64,000 nt of DNA from a candidate division WOR-3 bacterium (lineage in GTDB: Bacteria; Hydrothermota; Hydrothermia; JBDRYB01), in NCBI GenBank assembly GCA_049969615.1, contig JBMFOM010000001.1, positions 1 to 64,000 on the forward strand. The letters run 5' to 3'. Position numbers and translations under genes: made by a program. Positions within the stretch are counted from its first letter, which is position 1, and every line of letters starts with the position of its first letter. Shown in pieces: positions 43,770 to 53,636 of the stretch. The notes beneath the pieces are model-generated. The model was given only the letters and a program-made list of their open reading frames with translations, ran no database searches and was not told the origin of the DNA.

Positions 43770-43942
43770 GGTTGGAGCAAGGATTTGGCGGTTTCGGAGC
43801 AAAGATTTGGTTTCTCAAGTTATGACAATGGCCACGAGCACTCTAAGACCATTTGAGGAAAGGATGATGGCCATTGCATTGGATATGTTCGGTCTTCCCA
43901 GAATACACAAGCCTTGATCCCGCGCGGAAACTGGGTTATAAG
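43770..43942 (+). repeat. Family A repeat copy 3 joined to family E promoter end
   Basis: Family A core at 43770-43867; ATGTTCGGTCT...TTGATCCCGCGCGGAAACTGGGTTATA at 43882-43940. Confidence 0.8.
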
Positions 43943-43986
43943 CGTGCTGATTGAGCCGGTCCGGGCTCAGGAGCTATAATCTCGGT

Positions 43987-44841
43987 GTGCAGGTAATCAA
44001 AGCCGTTGGCGAAATGCGGGATGTTTCTGAGGCCTGGCGAAACCAGGGACTTGTCATTGGCTTCGTGCCAACCATGGGCGCGCTCCACGAGGGTCATTTA
44101 TCCCTCATGCGCATAGCGAGAGCAAGGTCTGACAGGCTCGTTGTCTCAATATTCGTTAATCCCACCCAGTTCGGACCATCCGAGGATTACGCCTCTTATC
44201 CCAGAAACACGGACGAGGACCTCGCCATGTGCGAGGCCGAGGGTGTTGACGCGGTCTTCATGCCTTCCGTGGATGAGATGTATCCGGAGGCCTACTCAAC
44301 CTATATTGATGTTGAGGGTCTTACCGAGGGTTTGTGCGGCAGGTTCAGGCCAGGCCACTTCAGGGGTGTGGCGACTGTGGTCGCCAAGCTTTTCAATGCT
44401 GTGAGGCCCCACCTGGCTGTTTTCGGCATGAAGGACGCCCAGCAGTTCTTCGTGATAAAAAGGATGACCCGCGACCTTGATTTCGGCATAGAGATAATAC
44501 CTGGCCCGACGATCCGGGAGCCGGATGGCCTTGCCATGAGCAGTCGCAACCGGTATCTCAGCCCCGAAGAGAGGGCTGATGCTCCTGTCATCTACAGGGC
44601 GCTTCTGGTAGCGAAAGACCTGGTTGAGCAGGGCGGGGTTCGCGATCCCCATCGCATAATTGAACAGATGGAACATTTCATCGCGGAGGAATCAACGCTT
44701 ATCCGCATTCAATACATTGAGATAGTGAGCACGGCCGATCTCAGGCCAGTTGAGAGAATTGATGGCGAGGTCCTCATAGCTATAGCGGCGTTTCTCGGAA
44801 AGGCAAGGCTAATTGACAACCTGATACTGAACATCCGGTGA
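43987..44841 (+). CDS. panC: Pantoate--beta-alanine ligase
   Basis: FVPTMGALHEGH, SIFVNPTQF, RPGHFRGV, FGMKDAQQ, DGLAMSSRN, RLIDN; GTG at 43987 lies 6 nt after TATAAT. Confidence 0.97.
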   Translation: MQVIKAVGEMRDVSEAWRNQGLVIGFVPTMGALHEGHLSLMRIARARSDRLVVSIFVNPTQFGPSEDYASYPRNTDEDLAMCEAEGVDAVFMPSVDEMYPEAYSTYIDVEGLTEGLCGRFRPGHFRGVATVVAKLFNAVRPHLAVFGMKDAQQFFVIKRMTRDLDFGIEIIPGPTIREPDGLAMSSRNRYLSPEERADAPVIYRALLVAKDLVEQGGVRDPHRIIEQMEHFIAEESTLIRIQYIEIVSTADLRPVERIDGEVLIAIAAFLGKARLIDNLILNIR

Positions 44842-44859
44842 GCGCGCCTGAGCCAATAA

Positions 44860-45053
44860 ACCAGATTTTGTGGCAAGTTGTAAGCTTTGAATTATCAGGA
44901 AAGTCAACGCTTGACACCCTCATCATGACTCCGGAACCCGGCCGCGGCAAAATCCGGAATCTCTTAAGCAAAACAAGACTTATGAGGCCGTGGTTCTGTT
45001 CGGTCTCACCAAATACACGAATACATGATCCTGCGCTCAAAATTGGATTATGG
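44860..45053 (+). repeat. Family D hairpin repeat plus degenerate family E end
   Basis: CCAGATTTTG...TGTAAGCTTTGAATT...GGAACCCGG...GCAAAATCCGG matches 21022-21124; TGTTCGGTCTC...AATACATGATCCTGCGC matches 20935-20992 reversed. Confidence 0.7.
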
Positions 45054-45596
45054 CGCGAGTTGCGGACCTCGCTGAGAGGGGCTTTGCCGGTCTGCGGTTT
45101 GGGTTTGGTCCTTTGGGCTATTGATGCTCTGTGATTTTTCGCCGCCCCTATGCCACAACTGCTCGTATTTGACGCCCAGGAGCGACGCTATCTTTTGTCT
45201 GAGTTCCGTGTGCCCGGTCTCCTTGTATATCAGCTTGAAGAGCTTGTGCGGCTCGATCCCTACGGCATCGGCTACGGCCTTTACCGTTGGATAACCTGCC
45301 TTGTGAGCGATGCGGAGAAACCTCTTGGTGTCTTCCCTTGTGCCGTGAATGATTGATCGGGTGTGGGTCCTGAGTTTCTCCAGTGGGTCAGGCTCTCCCC
45401 ATGTTTCTTCATAAGACAGGCCCAAGGTTTGGGCTATCCTTCTCCTGAGGAATATCGCGTCCCGTTTGTTTATGACTACCTGTGAAAGCCTTTGTCTTGA
45501 TATTCCCATCTTTTCTGCCAGGCTGGCCATTGTGGGATAACCGAGCTTGTTGATCAGACTCAGGAACCTTTCGGATTCGGGTTTGGGTATGCCCAT
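45048..45596 (-). CDS. Tandem Cro/Ner-like helix-turn-helix protein
   Basis: Two internal copies of RFL...GYPT...LA...GI...LR..IA..LG..YE..W. Confidence 0.75.
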   Translation of the reverse strand: MGIPKPESERFLSLINKLGYPTMASLAEKMGISRQRLSQVVINKRDAIFLRRRIAQTLGLSYEETWGEPDPLEKLRTHTRSIIHGTREDTKRFLRIAHKAGYPTVKAVADAVGIEPHKLFKLIYKETGHTELRQKIASLLGVKYEQLWHRGGEKSQSINSPKDQTQTADRQSPSQRGPQLAP

Positions 45597-45640
45597 AGTT
45601 AGATTATGCAGTAAATTGCCATTGTTTTGCCACTTCTTTG

Positions 45641-45902
45641 CGTTTGGGCCAGGAGCGCTTTGTCCAAGAGAATAGGGTTCTATAAGAGGAGTCCCTTGAA
45701 AAATCCCGCCACGAGGGCGTTTACTCTCAGGGTTCTCTTCTAGCTATGACGAGGCTCACATCGTGGTCGTAGGGTTTCTATGTCCCAACCGAGCTTCGGT
45801 TCTCTTCTAGCTATGATGAGGTTCACATATATGGACCAGGGACAAACCGGGATTTTTCAGGGGTTCCATAAATGATCCTGCGCAGAAAGTGGGTTATAAT
45901 AT
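45641..45902 (+). mobile_element. MITE-like mosaic: family B end, family C element with inverted repeats, family E promoter end
   Basis: CCCTTGAAAAATCCCG ... CGGGATTTTTCAGGGG; internal duplication GGTTCTCTTCTAGCTATGA; ATGATC, 17 nt, TATAAT at 45872-45900. Confidence 0.75.
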
Positions 45903-45906
45903 CTTT

Positions 45907-48348
45907 ATGATGATACTCGGTTTTGTTCTTCTCGCCGGCGACATAGAGGAGGGCGTCGTGTTCCGCCAGCGCCACATGTTCTCCGAGGCGGAGCGAGCGC
46001 TCAGGAGGGCTGTTTATGTTGGGGAGGACACCCTCCGGGCAAAGGCCGAGCTCGCTATAACCTATTACAAGTGGAAGAAATACCCAGAGGCCGCGGCAAT
46101 TTTTTCCAGCATGCAGGAGCTCCTGAACGAGGAGATGTGGGGATATTACCTCGTTTGCCTTCAGGAATTTGATCCGGATAGACTCTCGGGCCTGATTGAT
46201 TCCTTGTCCGGTCAAAAGGATACCTTGGCCCTCCGGATTGCCCTCATGGGCATGTGGCTCAATGATAACAATTCCGGGGCAGATTCTGTTGGGCTGAGGC
46301 TCGTTTCACTCAATCCAGCTTGTTCTGGTTCCACGCTCTTCGTGAAGGAGCTCGCGAACAACGCGCTCGCCCTGCCGGATTCCGAGCGGATAAAACGCAT
46401 TTCCTCGTTTGAGGAACGGATATGGAGGTGTCCGGCCTTCTCCTGGCCTCTGAGAATCAAGGTGGTCTCCATGATCACCCTCGGTGACACTGCCAGCGCT
46501 ATATCCGAGCTCAGAAAGTGGACGAAGAGAAAACCGGACGATCCGGAATTGCTCCTGGGCTCAGCGAGCCTGGTCGTGAATTTCGGCCTTGATGTTCCAG
46601 AAGCGGCCGCTTGGGCCAAGGATGCCTTTGTCCTTGCGGGCCAAAAACCCCTTGAGGGCGACGGTCTGGAATCCCCTCAGGAAAGGAGAATGAGGGCCTT
46701 GTTTTATCACGCCATACTCTCTGGCAAGCAGGATGACGAGCTCTGGAAGGATGTTCAGCTTCCTCCGGCGAACAATGACCTGGGCTTGGTCTCCCTGTAT
46801 CAATACACGATGGGCCTGCTGGAGCGCGGCCGAGGCAACATGACCCAGGCGAAGGAACATTTCCTCCTTTCGGTTGTGGTTGGTTCTCCCAGGAACACCT
46901 GGCCGGAGAAATCTCTGAAGGCACTCGCTGACATAGGAGTCACCGATCCAGTTGCTGAGGTTAGGAGGATGTTGAATTACTCTGGCGTCGTTTTTTCTGA
47001 CAGGACAGCGGATCTTGGTTTTCCTGCGGATATGAGGGCCACCCGCGTAGCGGTTGGTGACTATAACCGGGATGGGTGGGATGACCTTCTCATTCAGGGG
47101 AGGTTGTTTGAGAACAGGAGGGGCAAGGGTTTCACCGAGGTCACTGACAAGGTTGGGCTTTCTGGGGTTTCCGGATCCGGCGCGCTGTTTCTGGATTACA
47201 ACGCGGATGGCTGGGATGATATACTCATAGTTGGTGAGGCCGAGAGGCTCTTCAGGAACGAGAAGGCCAGGAGATTCAAGGAGGTAACATCAGACGCGGG
47301 CATATCCGATACCCTCCCGACAGAGGGCGCGTCCGGGTTTGACCTTAACGGAGATGGGTGGCCCGAGATATACCTTGCCAACTACGAGTCAGGCGGGCTG
47401 GGAAAGGGAACCCCTGATGTTCTCTGCTTGAACGAACGCGGGAGGTTCCAGCCCACCGAGATTGCCCCTGAAACCCTTTGCGGCAGGGGGGTTGCCCCTT
47501 GCGATTTTGACATGGATGGGGATATTGATCTGTATGTGGCTAATTACAGGCTCCAGAGGAACTTTCTCTATGTGAATCAGGCCGGTTTGCTCTCAGATTC
47601 GGCGTTTCAGTACGGGGTTGCGGGAAAGGACAGAAGGGATTGGTTCGGACACTCAATAGGCCCTGCCTGGGCAGATTACGATAACGATGGGGATTTTGAC
47701 CTCCTGGTCTGCAACCTGGCTCACCCAAGATACATAGATTTCTCCGAGAAGACGGTTTTATATCAGGCGACAGGAAACCGGGACGCGCCCTTTCAGGATG
47801 TCCGCTCTGAGGTGGGCATAGCATATGACGAGTGCTGCTCCGAGCCGCTCTGGGGGGATTTTGACAACGATGGCGACCTTGACCTTTTCATCACCTCCAT
47901 ATATGAGAAAGAGAGGAGCTACCTTTACCAGAACATGCTTTCCGAGACCGGCGAACCCCGTTTCCAAGATATGACATACCCTGCTGGCGCTCGCGTCCTG
48001 AACGGCTGGGGGACCGCGGCCCTGGATTTTGACCAGGACGGAGACCTGGATATCGCGGTTGGCTCCGGCTCAGGTTTCCGTTTTCTGGTCAACGAGACCA
48101 AGACCAACAACGCCTGGATAGAGATAGAGGGACTGCCGCCGGGCGCGGTCGTGAGGCTGGTGGCCGGGGATGCCCTGATGACAAGGCAGGTTGAGTTCGC
48201 CAAGGGCACGACATCACAGAGCTCGCCCGTCCTACATTTTGGACTCGGCTCCTGGCGTGGCGAGGTGGCAATTGGGGTCTCCTATCTGGGCAAGAGGAAG
48301 ACCATAAAGACCAGGGACTTGAACCGCCGGATAAAGTTGAGGATATAG
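45907..48348 (+). CDS. CRTAC1-like FG-GAP repeat protein with ASPIC/UnbV C-terminus and helical N-terminal region
   Basis: DYDNDGDFDL repeats, SQSSPVLHFGLG; ATG at 45907 lies 6 nt after TATAAT. Confidence 0.85.
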   Translation: MMILGFVLLAGDIEEGVVFRQRHMFSEAERALRRAVYVGEDTLRAKAELAITYYKWKKYPEAAAIFSSMQELLNEEMWGYYLVCLQEFDPDRLSGLIDSLSGQKDTLALRIALMGMWLNDNNSGADSVGLRLVSLNPACSGSTLFVKELANNALALPDSERIKRISSFEERIWRCPAFSWPLRIKVVSMITLGDTASAISELRKWTKRKPDDPELLLGSASLVVNFGLDVPEAAAWAKDAFVLAGQKPLEGDGLESPQERRMRALFYHAILSGKQDDELWKDVQLPPANNDLGLVSLYQYTMGLLERGRGNMTQAKEHFLLSVVVGSPRNTWPEKSLKALADIGVTDPVAEVRRMLNYSGVVFSDRTADLGFPADMRATRVAVGDYNRDGWDDLLIQGRLFENRRGKGFTEVTDKVGLSGVSGSGALFLDYNADGWDDILIVGEAERLFRNEKARRFKEVTSDAGISDTLPTEGASGFDLNGDGWPEIYLANYESGGLGKGTPDVLCLNERGRFQPTEIAPETLCGRGVAPCDFDMDGDIDLYVANYRLQRNFLYVNQAGLLSDSAFQYGVAGKDRRDWFGHSIGPAWADYDNDGDFDLLVCNLAHPRYIDFSEKTVLYQATGNRDAPFQDVRSEVGIAYDECCSEPLWGDFDNDGDLDLFITSIYEKERSYLYQNMLSETGEPRFQDMTYPAGARVLNGWGTAALDFDQDGDLDIAVGSGSGFRFLVNETKTNNAWIEIEGLPPGAVVRLVAGDALMTRQVEFAKGTTSQSSPVLHFGLGSWRGEVAIGVSYLGKRKTIKTRDLNRRIKLRI

Positions 48349-48353
48349 CGCTT

Positions 48354-49472
48354 ATGCGGGTCCTGCTCCTTGCGGATGCCTCCTCATTTCACACCCTTAA
48401 GTGGTTCCGCGCCTACAGGGCTCGCGGCGCCGATGTCCTTCTGGTTAGCCTTGAGCCTCCGCGAGAGGAGCTCTCGGATGTTTGCGTTTTCCTTAACCCT
48501 CCCGTGGCCTCGCGGCCATTCCATTATATTTTAGCCACCGGCAGGATAAGGGCGTTAGCCTCAGAGTTCAGGCCGGACATCCTGAACGCTCACATGGCAA
48601 CTGGATACGGCCTCTTGGCCGCGTTGTCCTCCAGGAAAGCGAGGCTGGTCGTCTCCCTCTGGGGGCCGGATGTGCTTGAGAGCCCCAGAAGAGGACCTCT
48701 GCACCGCGCGGCCCTCCGGTTCGTCTTCCGTAAGGCTCATCTCCTTCAGACCGATGCCCGCGTTATGGACAGGATTCTGGCCGAGGATTTCGGCGTCCCC
48801 CGCGAGAAGATGTTTTTCATGCCATATGGCCTTTCTCCCGAGCTCCTGGAAACGCCCCTTCCGGATTTTAGGCCCGGCCCCCCATGGAAAATAATCAGCC
48901 ACAGGAAACTTGAACCCCTGTATTCACCTTTCACCGTGCTTGAGGCTTTATCGCGTTTGAAGGCCACGGGCCACGATTTCACCATGACCTTTGCCTCTGG
49001 CGGTTCCCTTGAACAAGCCATCAGGGACAGCATGGCGCGACTGGGAATTCCTGGCGAGGTTACAGGGTGGCTACCCGAACGGGAACTGCACGGTCGCATC
49101 GCTGGCTCACACATATTCATCTCTGCCTCGCTCTCAGACTCAACCCCTGTTTCTTTGCTTGAGGCCATGGCCCTCGGCGTTTTCCCGGTCGTGTCCGATT
49201 TACCCGCAAAGGGCGAATGGGTCGTTGATGGCTTGAACGGGTTCCTCTTTAACCCAACATGCCCACAGGATCTGGCGAATAAGCTCAAGGCATGCTTTGA
49301 TAACCCCCGGATCATTGTCAGGGCCCGAGAAATTAACAAGGCCATGGTTCGTGAGCGGGCTGACTGGGAGAGGAATTTTGATCGTTTCCTTGAGACGCTG
49401 GAAAGCCTGCCACCAGAGCCTCTTACGCTTTCAAAACCAACGGGAGTCCTGCCGTGGAGCTACCTGAGATGA
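48354..49472 (+). CDS. Glycosyltransferase family 4
   Basis: GT-B motif FISASLSDSTPVSLLEAMALG, DGLNGFLF. Confidence 0.88.
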   Translation: MRVLLLADASSFHTLKWFRAYRARGADVLLVSLEPPREELSDVCVFLNPPVASRPFHYILATGRIRALASEFRPDILNAHMATGYGLLAALSSRKARLVVSLWGPDVLESPRRGPLHRAALRFVFRKAHLLQTDARVMDRILAEDFGVPREKMFFMPYGLSPELLETPLPDFRPGPPWKIISHRKLEPLYSPFTVLEALSRLKATGHDFTMTFASGGSLEQAIRDSMARLGIPGEVTGWLPERELHGRIAGSHIFISASLSDSTPVSLLEAMALGVFPVVSDLPAKGEWVVDGLNGFLFNPTCPQDLANKLKACFDNPRIIVRAREINKAMVRERADWERNFDRFLETLESLPPEPLTLSKPTGVLPWSYLR

Positions 49473-50608
49473 AGGTAATGGCCTTGACCCTCGCGAAAAG
49501 GCATTGGGTAACCGGGATATGGACATTTCTTGATATGACGAGGAAAGCGCTTGAGGCAGTCGGGATTGAGTATCGCGTCCCGGATCACTGGTTGAACCAC
49601 AGACAGCCCAGGTGGCCGCTACGATCTATGGTCAGAGTTGTTTCCTGGCTCGCGGGAACACCTTATGAGATCAATGTCCGCAGGTGGTTGATCGGCCCTG
49701 CGCTTTCAGGAATAGCGAGGCGAGAGAGCCGCTTCTATAACCCGGATGTCCTGCACATCCAGGGGAGTCTCGCGGCTGGCCTCATCCTGGAATTTCTCAT
49801 GGAGGAGCGCGTCCCTTGGGTCCTGCACCTTCACAGCATAGATTCCGAGCTCATCAGGGCAGAAGGGCTTGCGCCGGATCACCCCCTGGTCATCCTCTCG
49901 GATCACCTTCTCAGGAAGTCCATAGCCTCTGCACCGGTGGTCTGCGCCATTTCAAGGAATCTCGTTGACAGGATAGCCGCGCTCGGAATTGATGTGTCAC
50001 GGATCAGGGTGGTTCACAATCCGATCATCATCCCCGAACTCCCTGAGCCACCTCCCTGCGGGCCTTATGTCTTTCTGCCCGCGAGACTGAGCCCAGAGAA
50101 GGGCGTTGACATAGCCATATCAGCCTGGAAAGGGGTTGAGAAGGAGTGCCCTGGCGTGAGCCTGATTATAGCGGGGACAGGCCCCCAGCAGGACGCCCTC
50201 ATGGAGATGGTTCAGAGAGCCGGGGCGACCGGCATCAGGTTCCTCGGCAAACTATCGTGGGAAGAAACCCTCGCCTGGACAAAGCGCGCGCTCGTTCTGC
50301 TTCATCCCACGGTCCCCAGGGGTGGAACAAGGGAAGGGCTTGGCATGACGGTTTTGGAGGCAATGGCCCTGGGGGTTCCTGTCATATCAAGCGACAGGGG
50401 TGGTGCGGCAGAGGCCCTGGGTGATGCGGGAATATTTGTTCCTCCGCTGGATGCAGAGGCCATGGGCCAAGCGATCATCCGCCTCATCAGGGATGAGGCC
50501 CTCCGGCACGAGCTCAGCCACAGGGGGATTCAGAGGGCAGAGGAGATGTTCGGGCCGGACCTATATGCGAGCAAAATGGCCAGGGCATTCAAAGATGCTG
50601 TCGGATGA
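49454..50608 (+). CDS. Glycosyltransferase family 4
   Basis: ARLSPEKG, EGLGMTVLEAMALGVPVI. Confidence 0.88.
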   Translation: MELPEMKVMALTLAKRHWVTGIWTFLDMTRKALEAVGIEYRVPDHWLNHRQPRWPLRSMVRVVSWLAGTPYEINVRRWLIGPALSGIARRESRFYNPDVLHIQGSLAAGLILEFLMEERVPWVLHLHSIDSELIRAEGLAPDHPLVILSDHLLRKSIASAPVVCAISRNLVDRIAALGIDVSRIRVVHNPIIIPELPEPPPCGPYVFLPARLSPEKGVDIAISAWKGVEKECPGVSLIIAGTGPQQDALMEMVQRAGATGIRFLGKLSWEETLAWTKRALVLLHPTVPRGGTREGLGMTVLEAMALGVPVISSDRGGAAEALGDAGIFVPPLDAEAMGQAIIRLIRDEALRHELSHRGIQRAEEMFGPDLYASKMARAFKDAVG

Positions 50609-50667
50609 TCCCTCATCAGCAACCCAACCTTGACACCATAATTTGCTGGTCTGAGCGCGGTGAGGGC

Positions 50668-50703
50668 AAAAACAAGGCCCCGGCGCGCGGGAAACGCCGG
50701 GGC
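50668..50703 (-). terminator. Rho-independent terminator of the 53450->50728 operon
   Basis: GCCCCGGCG/CGCCGGGGC 9-bp stem followed on the minus strand by CTTGTTTTT. Confidence 0.75.
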
Positions 50704-50727
50704 ATTAAAAAGACCTCTGACGGGGGA

Positions 50728-51339
50728 TTATCTCACCATGAGAAGTTTCTCCACTTTCTTGAAGTCGCCAGCCTCATATCTCAGGATGTAGAGTCCCTGG
50801 GATACCTTGGTTCCTGACTCGGATTCGCCGTTCCAGATTACAGTGTAGTTGCCGGAGCCAGGTTTGCCCCTGGCGAGATTCTTGACCACGCGTCCAGAGA
50901 GGTCATAGACTGCCAGGGACACCTCGCGCTCATCCGCAACCCCATACTGAATAACGACCCTGCCTTTTGAGGGATTAGGGGATGGGGGGGCCAGAAAAGT
51001 GGTGAACCTCTGGGCTCCGGGTTCCTCCCCTATCCCCTCATACAGGGGCTGGAGGTCAGGCCACCAGAAACCAAAGTAGCCCGTGTATGTCCCGCCACCA
51101 GCATAGCTTATCTGATCGCAGGGTTCGCCAATAGTGACCCCGAGATAAAAACCGCCAGGAGCCTGGAGTCCACCGATGGAGTCTGATGAGCCGCCCGATC
51201 CTATTATCACCCAGAAGTTAATGGTGTCCAGGGCCATGGGTCTGAATGGCTCGTAGCCGGGCTGGCTCATGAGCGCGGAGGGCCTCTGAACCTGGGATAC
51301 ACCAAAACTCAGGGCTATGAGCAGAAGTGGGCCTGGCAT
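50728..51339 (-). CDS. Small secreted protein with FlgD-Ig/T9SS-type C-terminal domain
   Basis: GVTIGEP...GGGTYTGYFGFWW core; PSPNP...VYDLSGRVVKNL...WNG...GLYILR C-terminal domain. Confidence 0.8.
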   Translation of the reverse strand: MPGPLLLIALSFGVSQVQRPSALMSQPGYEPFRPMALDTINFWVIIGSGGSSDSIGGLQAPGGFYLGVTIGEPCDQISYAGGGTYTGYFGFWWPDLQPLYEGIGEEPGAQRFTTFLAPPSPNPSKGRVVIQYGVADEREVSLAVYDLSGRVVKNLARGKPGSGNYTVIWNGESESGTKVSQGLYILRYEAGDFKKVEKLLMVR

Positions 51340-51341
51340 GG

Positions 51342-53450
51342 CTATTTCACCTCTTTGAGCTCTTGGGCGTCCGCGGGAGTGCGCTTGTGGGTGACCTTGA
51401 TGGCCTTGGGTTCATCTGCAACGGATACGATCTGGCCAGTCCAACTGCTCCTTGAGGATGATTTTTCCATAGGAACTTCTCTAGCCTCAATAGAGAAGTC
51501 CTTGTTGGCAAGGAGATCATTGGCCTTTCCACCCTCATATCCTTTCCGAGTTGCAACGGCTATCCATTTGAACTCAGCGTTTGGGTCACCCGCACCGGAT
51601 CTAACCGTGAAGCTTTCGGATGTGGCACTCTCCACATAGATGCCGCTCCACGTCCCTATGGGAGTTGCTACGACTTCTATGTCACCAGAAATAACATTCC
51701 TATATTCGGTCGGTATCTCCACATGGGCAACACCGTTCTCAAGCCTAGCTTTACCGTCAAAGTAGACCTTTACATCAGAAGAGGTTATACTGAAGAGACC
51801 TTTTGGGCTTGTTCCTCCAGGGACCACAGTTGCCATGACCCCTGAAGCAAGGATATTGCCTCCACCGCCAGGACCCTTATCTTTATAATACCCATAAGCA
51901 TATATGTCGCCCCAGAAATAACCTGCCCAGCCTGATATGGAATTCACTACATAGCCAGCTACGGCAACTCCGTCATTTGCGGTTCCGAAGACGCCACATT
52001 CCTGGTTGGTAACCACACGAAGGCCACCTCCATTACCTACCCCCTCTACTCCAACAGCATTCGCGGCGTTAACCCCAAAACCTACGGTTCCAAACACGGT
52101 TCCGTTACCCACCACACCAGCACCATCGGTGGGATACCAACCAGTGGTAGCATTTCCAGTAAATAGCCCGCCGATTCCTGTTCCACCAGTTGCATAACCC
52201 TCAACCGCTCCCCAGCTGTTTGTTCCGGGCGAAGACCCATAAACCCCGTTGGATGAAGCGTTCGCGCCCTGGCCCCAGACGCCCGTGCCACCAGCGAGGG
52301 TCGCGTAGCCGAAGGTTCCGACCGTATCTCCGGTTCCAGCGACTCCACAACCATAGATGGGCACCGTTGGAGCGAGGTTATTTCCTGCGCCAACTACACC
52401 TATGCCCGATGCGGCGTTCAGCGAGCGGCCACTCACGCCCGCGCCGTTGGCGTAGGTTGTGTTGCTAAATCCCGCTACGCCAAAGTTTGTCCCGGTGCCA
52501 TACACTCCGCCCCCAGTGTTGAATACATAGGAGCTGTCCGAGGCGTTTCCCGTGAACAAACCGCCTATGCCCGAGGCCGCGAACGCGGAATACCCCTCAA
52601 CGCCAGCGCCGTTCAAGTAATCAGCGTTGTTCTGGCCGAAAACGCCGTTGTTGCCGCCGTTGCCCAGGACACCTACATTGCCGAGACCAGCCCTCTGGAC
52701 GCCAAGGTAGCCATAGGCCGTTGTGTTGCTGAACTGTCCATAGACGCCACCCACATCTGTTCCCGCGCCTCCGCCGCCATAGGCAAGCTCACCGAACCTG
52801 CCGGGTGGATCCGCGCCGGCCCTTCCCCTCGTAGCGATCCGGAAAGAGCCAGGAGCCGCCTGGTTCACAGCAAACTGGTTCCAGATATACCCAGGGTCAG
52901 TCCCTGAAGCCGGAACATCAAGGAGCGCGAGGTCTATCCTGCCGTTGTTATCCAGGTCAAAGTCGTTGAGCTGAGTTGGCGGCGGGCCGAGCACGAGGTC
53001 CTGCGGCGTGACCGCAAAGTCCCTTATGCGCTGGGTCGTATCTGACATGAACGCGTTGTAGGCGAAAGCCGCAGAGTTTATCTTTACGCGAGGGGTGTAT
53101 ATGCCGCCAAGGCCGGGTATATCCACCTCAACCCAGAGGTCGGTGTAGTTCAGGATGTTGGCCTGGGTTATGGGCAGTTCAACATTGAAAACGCCGCTAT
53201 AAACCTGCACTGCGCCGAACGACATGGTCTGGAGGAGTGTTCCGCCGGCAGCCGCGTTGTATAGCCTGAAGGTCATAGCATATGTGCCGTTGATGATGGT
53301 GGTTCCCTGTCTCAGGTGTCCCTGGAAGTTGACGATTACAGGCGGGGTGGCCTGTGGTTGAGCCTCGCCGAGGCCCGGTTCCGTTCCTTGGCCGGTGGCC
53401 TTCGTGGAGCCTGCCCCGGCCGCTATCAGCATAGACAAAATATAAGGCAT
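51342..53450 (-). CDS. Large glycine-rich fibre/adhesin-like secreted protein
   Basis: NFQGHL...GTYAMTFRLYNAAAGG N-domain, many GVxG repeats, C-terminal GKARLENG...FKWIAVATRKGYE; GGAGG ribosome-binding site. Confidence 0.65.
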   Translation of the reverse strand: MPYILSMLIAAGAGSTKATGQGTEPGLGEAQPQATPPVIVNFQGHLRQGTTIINGTYAMTFRLYNAAAGGTLLQTMSFGAVQVYSGVFNVELPITQANILNYTDLWVEVDIPGLGGIYTPRVKINSAAFAYNAFMSDTTQRIRDFAVTPQDLVLGPPPTQLNDFDLDNNGRIDLALLDVPASGTDPGYIWNQFAVNQAAPGSFRIATRGRAGADPPGRFGELAYGGGGAGTDVGGVYGQFSNTTAYGYLGVQRAGLGNVGVLGNGGNNGVFGQNNADYLNGAGVEGYSAFAASGIGGLFTGNASDSSYVFNTGGGVYGTGTNFGVAGFSNTTYANGAGVSGRSLNAASGIGVVGAGNNLAPTVPIYGCGVAGTGDTVGTFGYATLAGGTGVWGQGANASSNGVYGSSPGTNSWGAVEGYATGGTGIGGLFTGNATTGWYPTDGAGVVGNGTVFGTVGFGVNAANAVGVEGVGNGGGLRVVTNQECGVFGTANDGVAVAGYVVNSISGWAGYFWGDIYAYGYYKDKGPGGGGNILASGVMATVVPGGTSPKGLFSITSSDVKVYFDGKARLENGVAHVEIPTEYRNVISGDIEVVATPIGTWSGIYVESATSESFTVRSGAGDPNAEFKWIAVATRKGYEGGKANDLLANKDFSIEAREVPMEKSSSRSSWTGQIVSVADEPKAIKVTHKRTPADAQELKEVK

Positions 53451-53533
53451 GAAACACCTCCGATATATGGTTTAGCTTCGGTTTAGCTTCTTCCTCAAGA
53501 GCAAAATCCAAGTCATACATCATACAGCTATAT

Positions 53534-53562
53534 ATTATAACCGATCAAGCATGGACTGTCAA
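53534..53562 (-). promoter_or_regulatory. Perfect consensus sigma70 promoter
   Basis: TTGACA (53562-53557), 17 nt, TATAAT (53539-53534), facing the gene starting at 53450. Confidence 0.85.
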
Positions 53563-53636
53563 GGCCCTTTTTAACCCGGAAGCAGGGAAGGAGGGTGAAT
53601 TCCCCTCCGGAAGACATTTTCAGAGGATCAACAGGA

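Noticed and set aside
44838-45134. 98-aa ORF after panC (also ORFs 57776-58039 and 14552-14989)
   Set aside because: They read through dispersed repeats or are antisense to real genes
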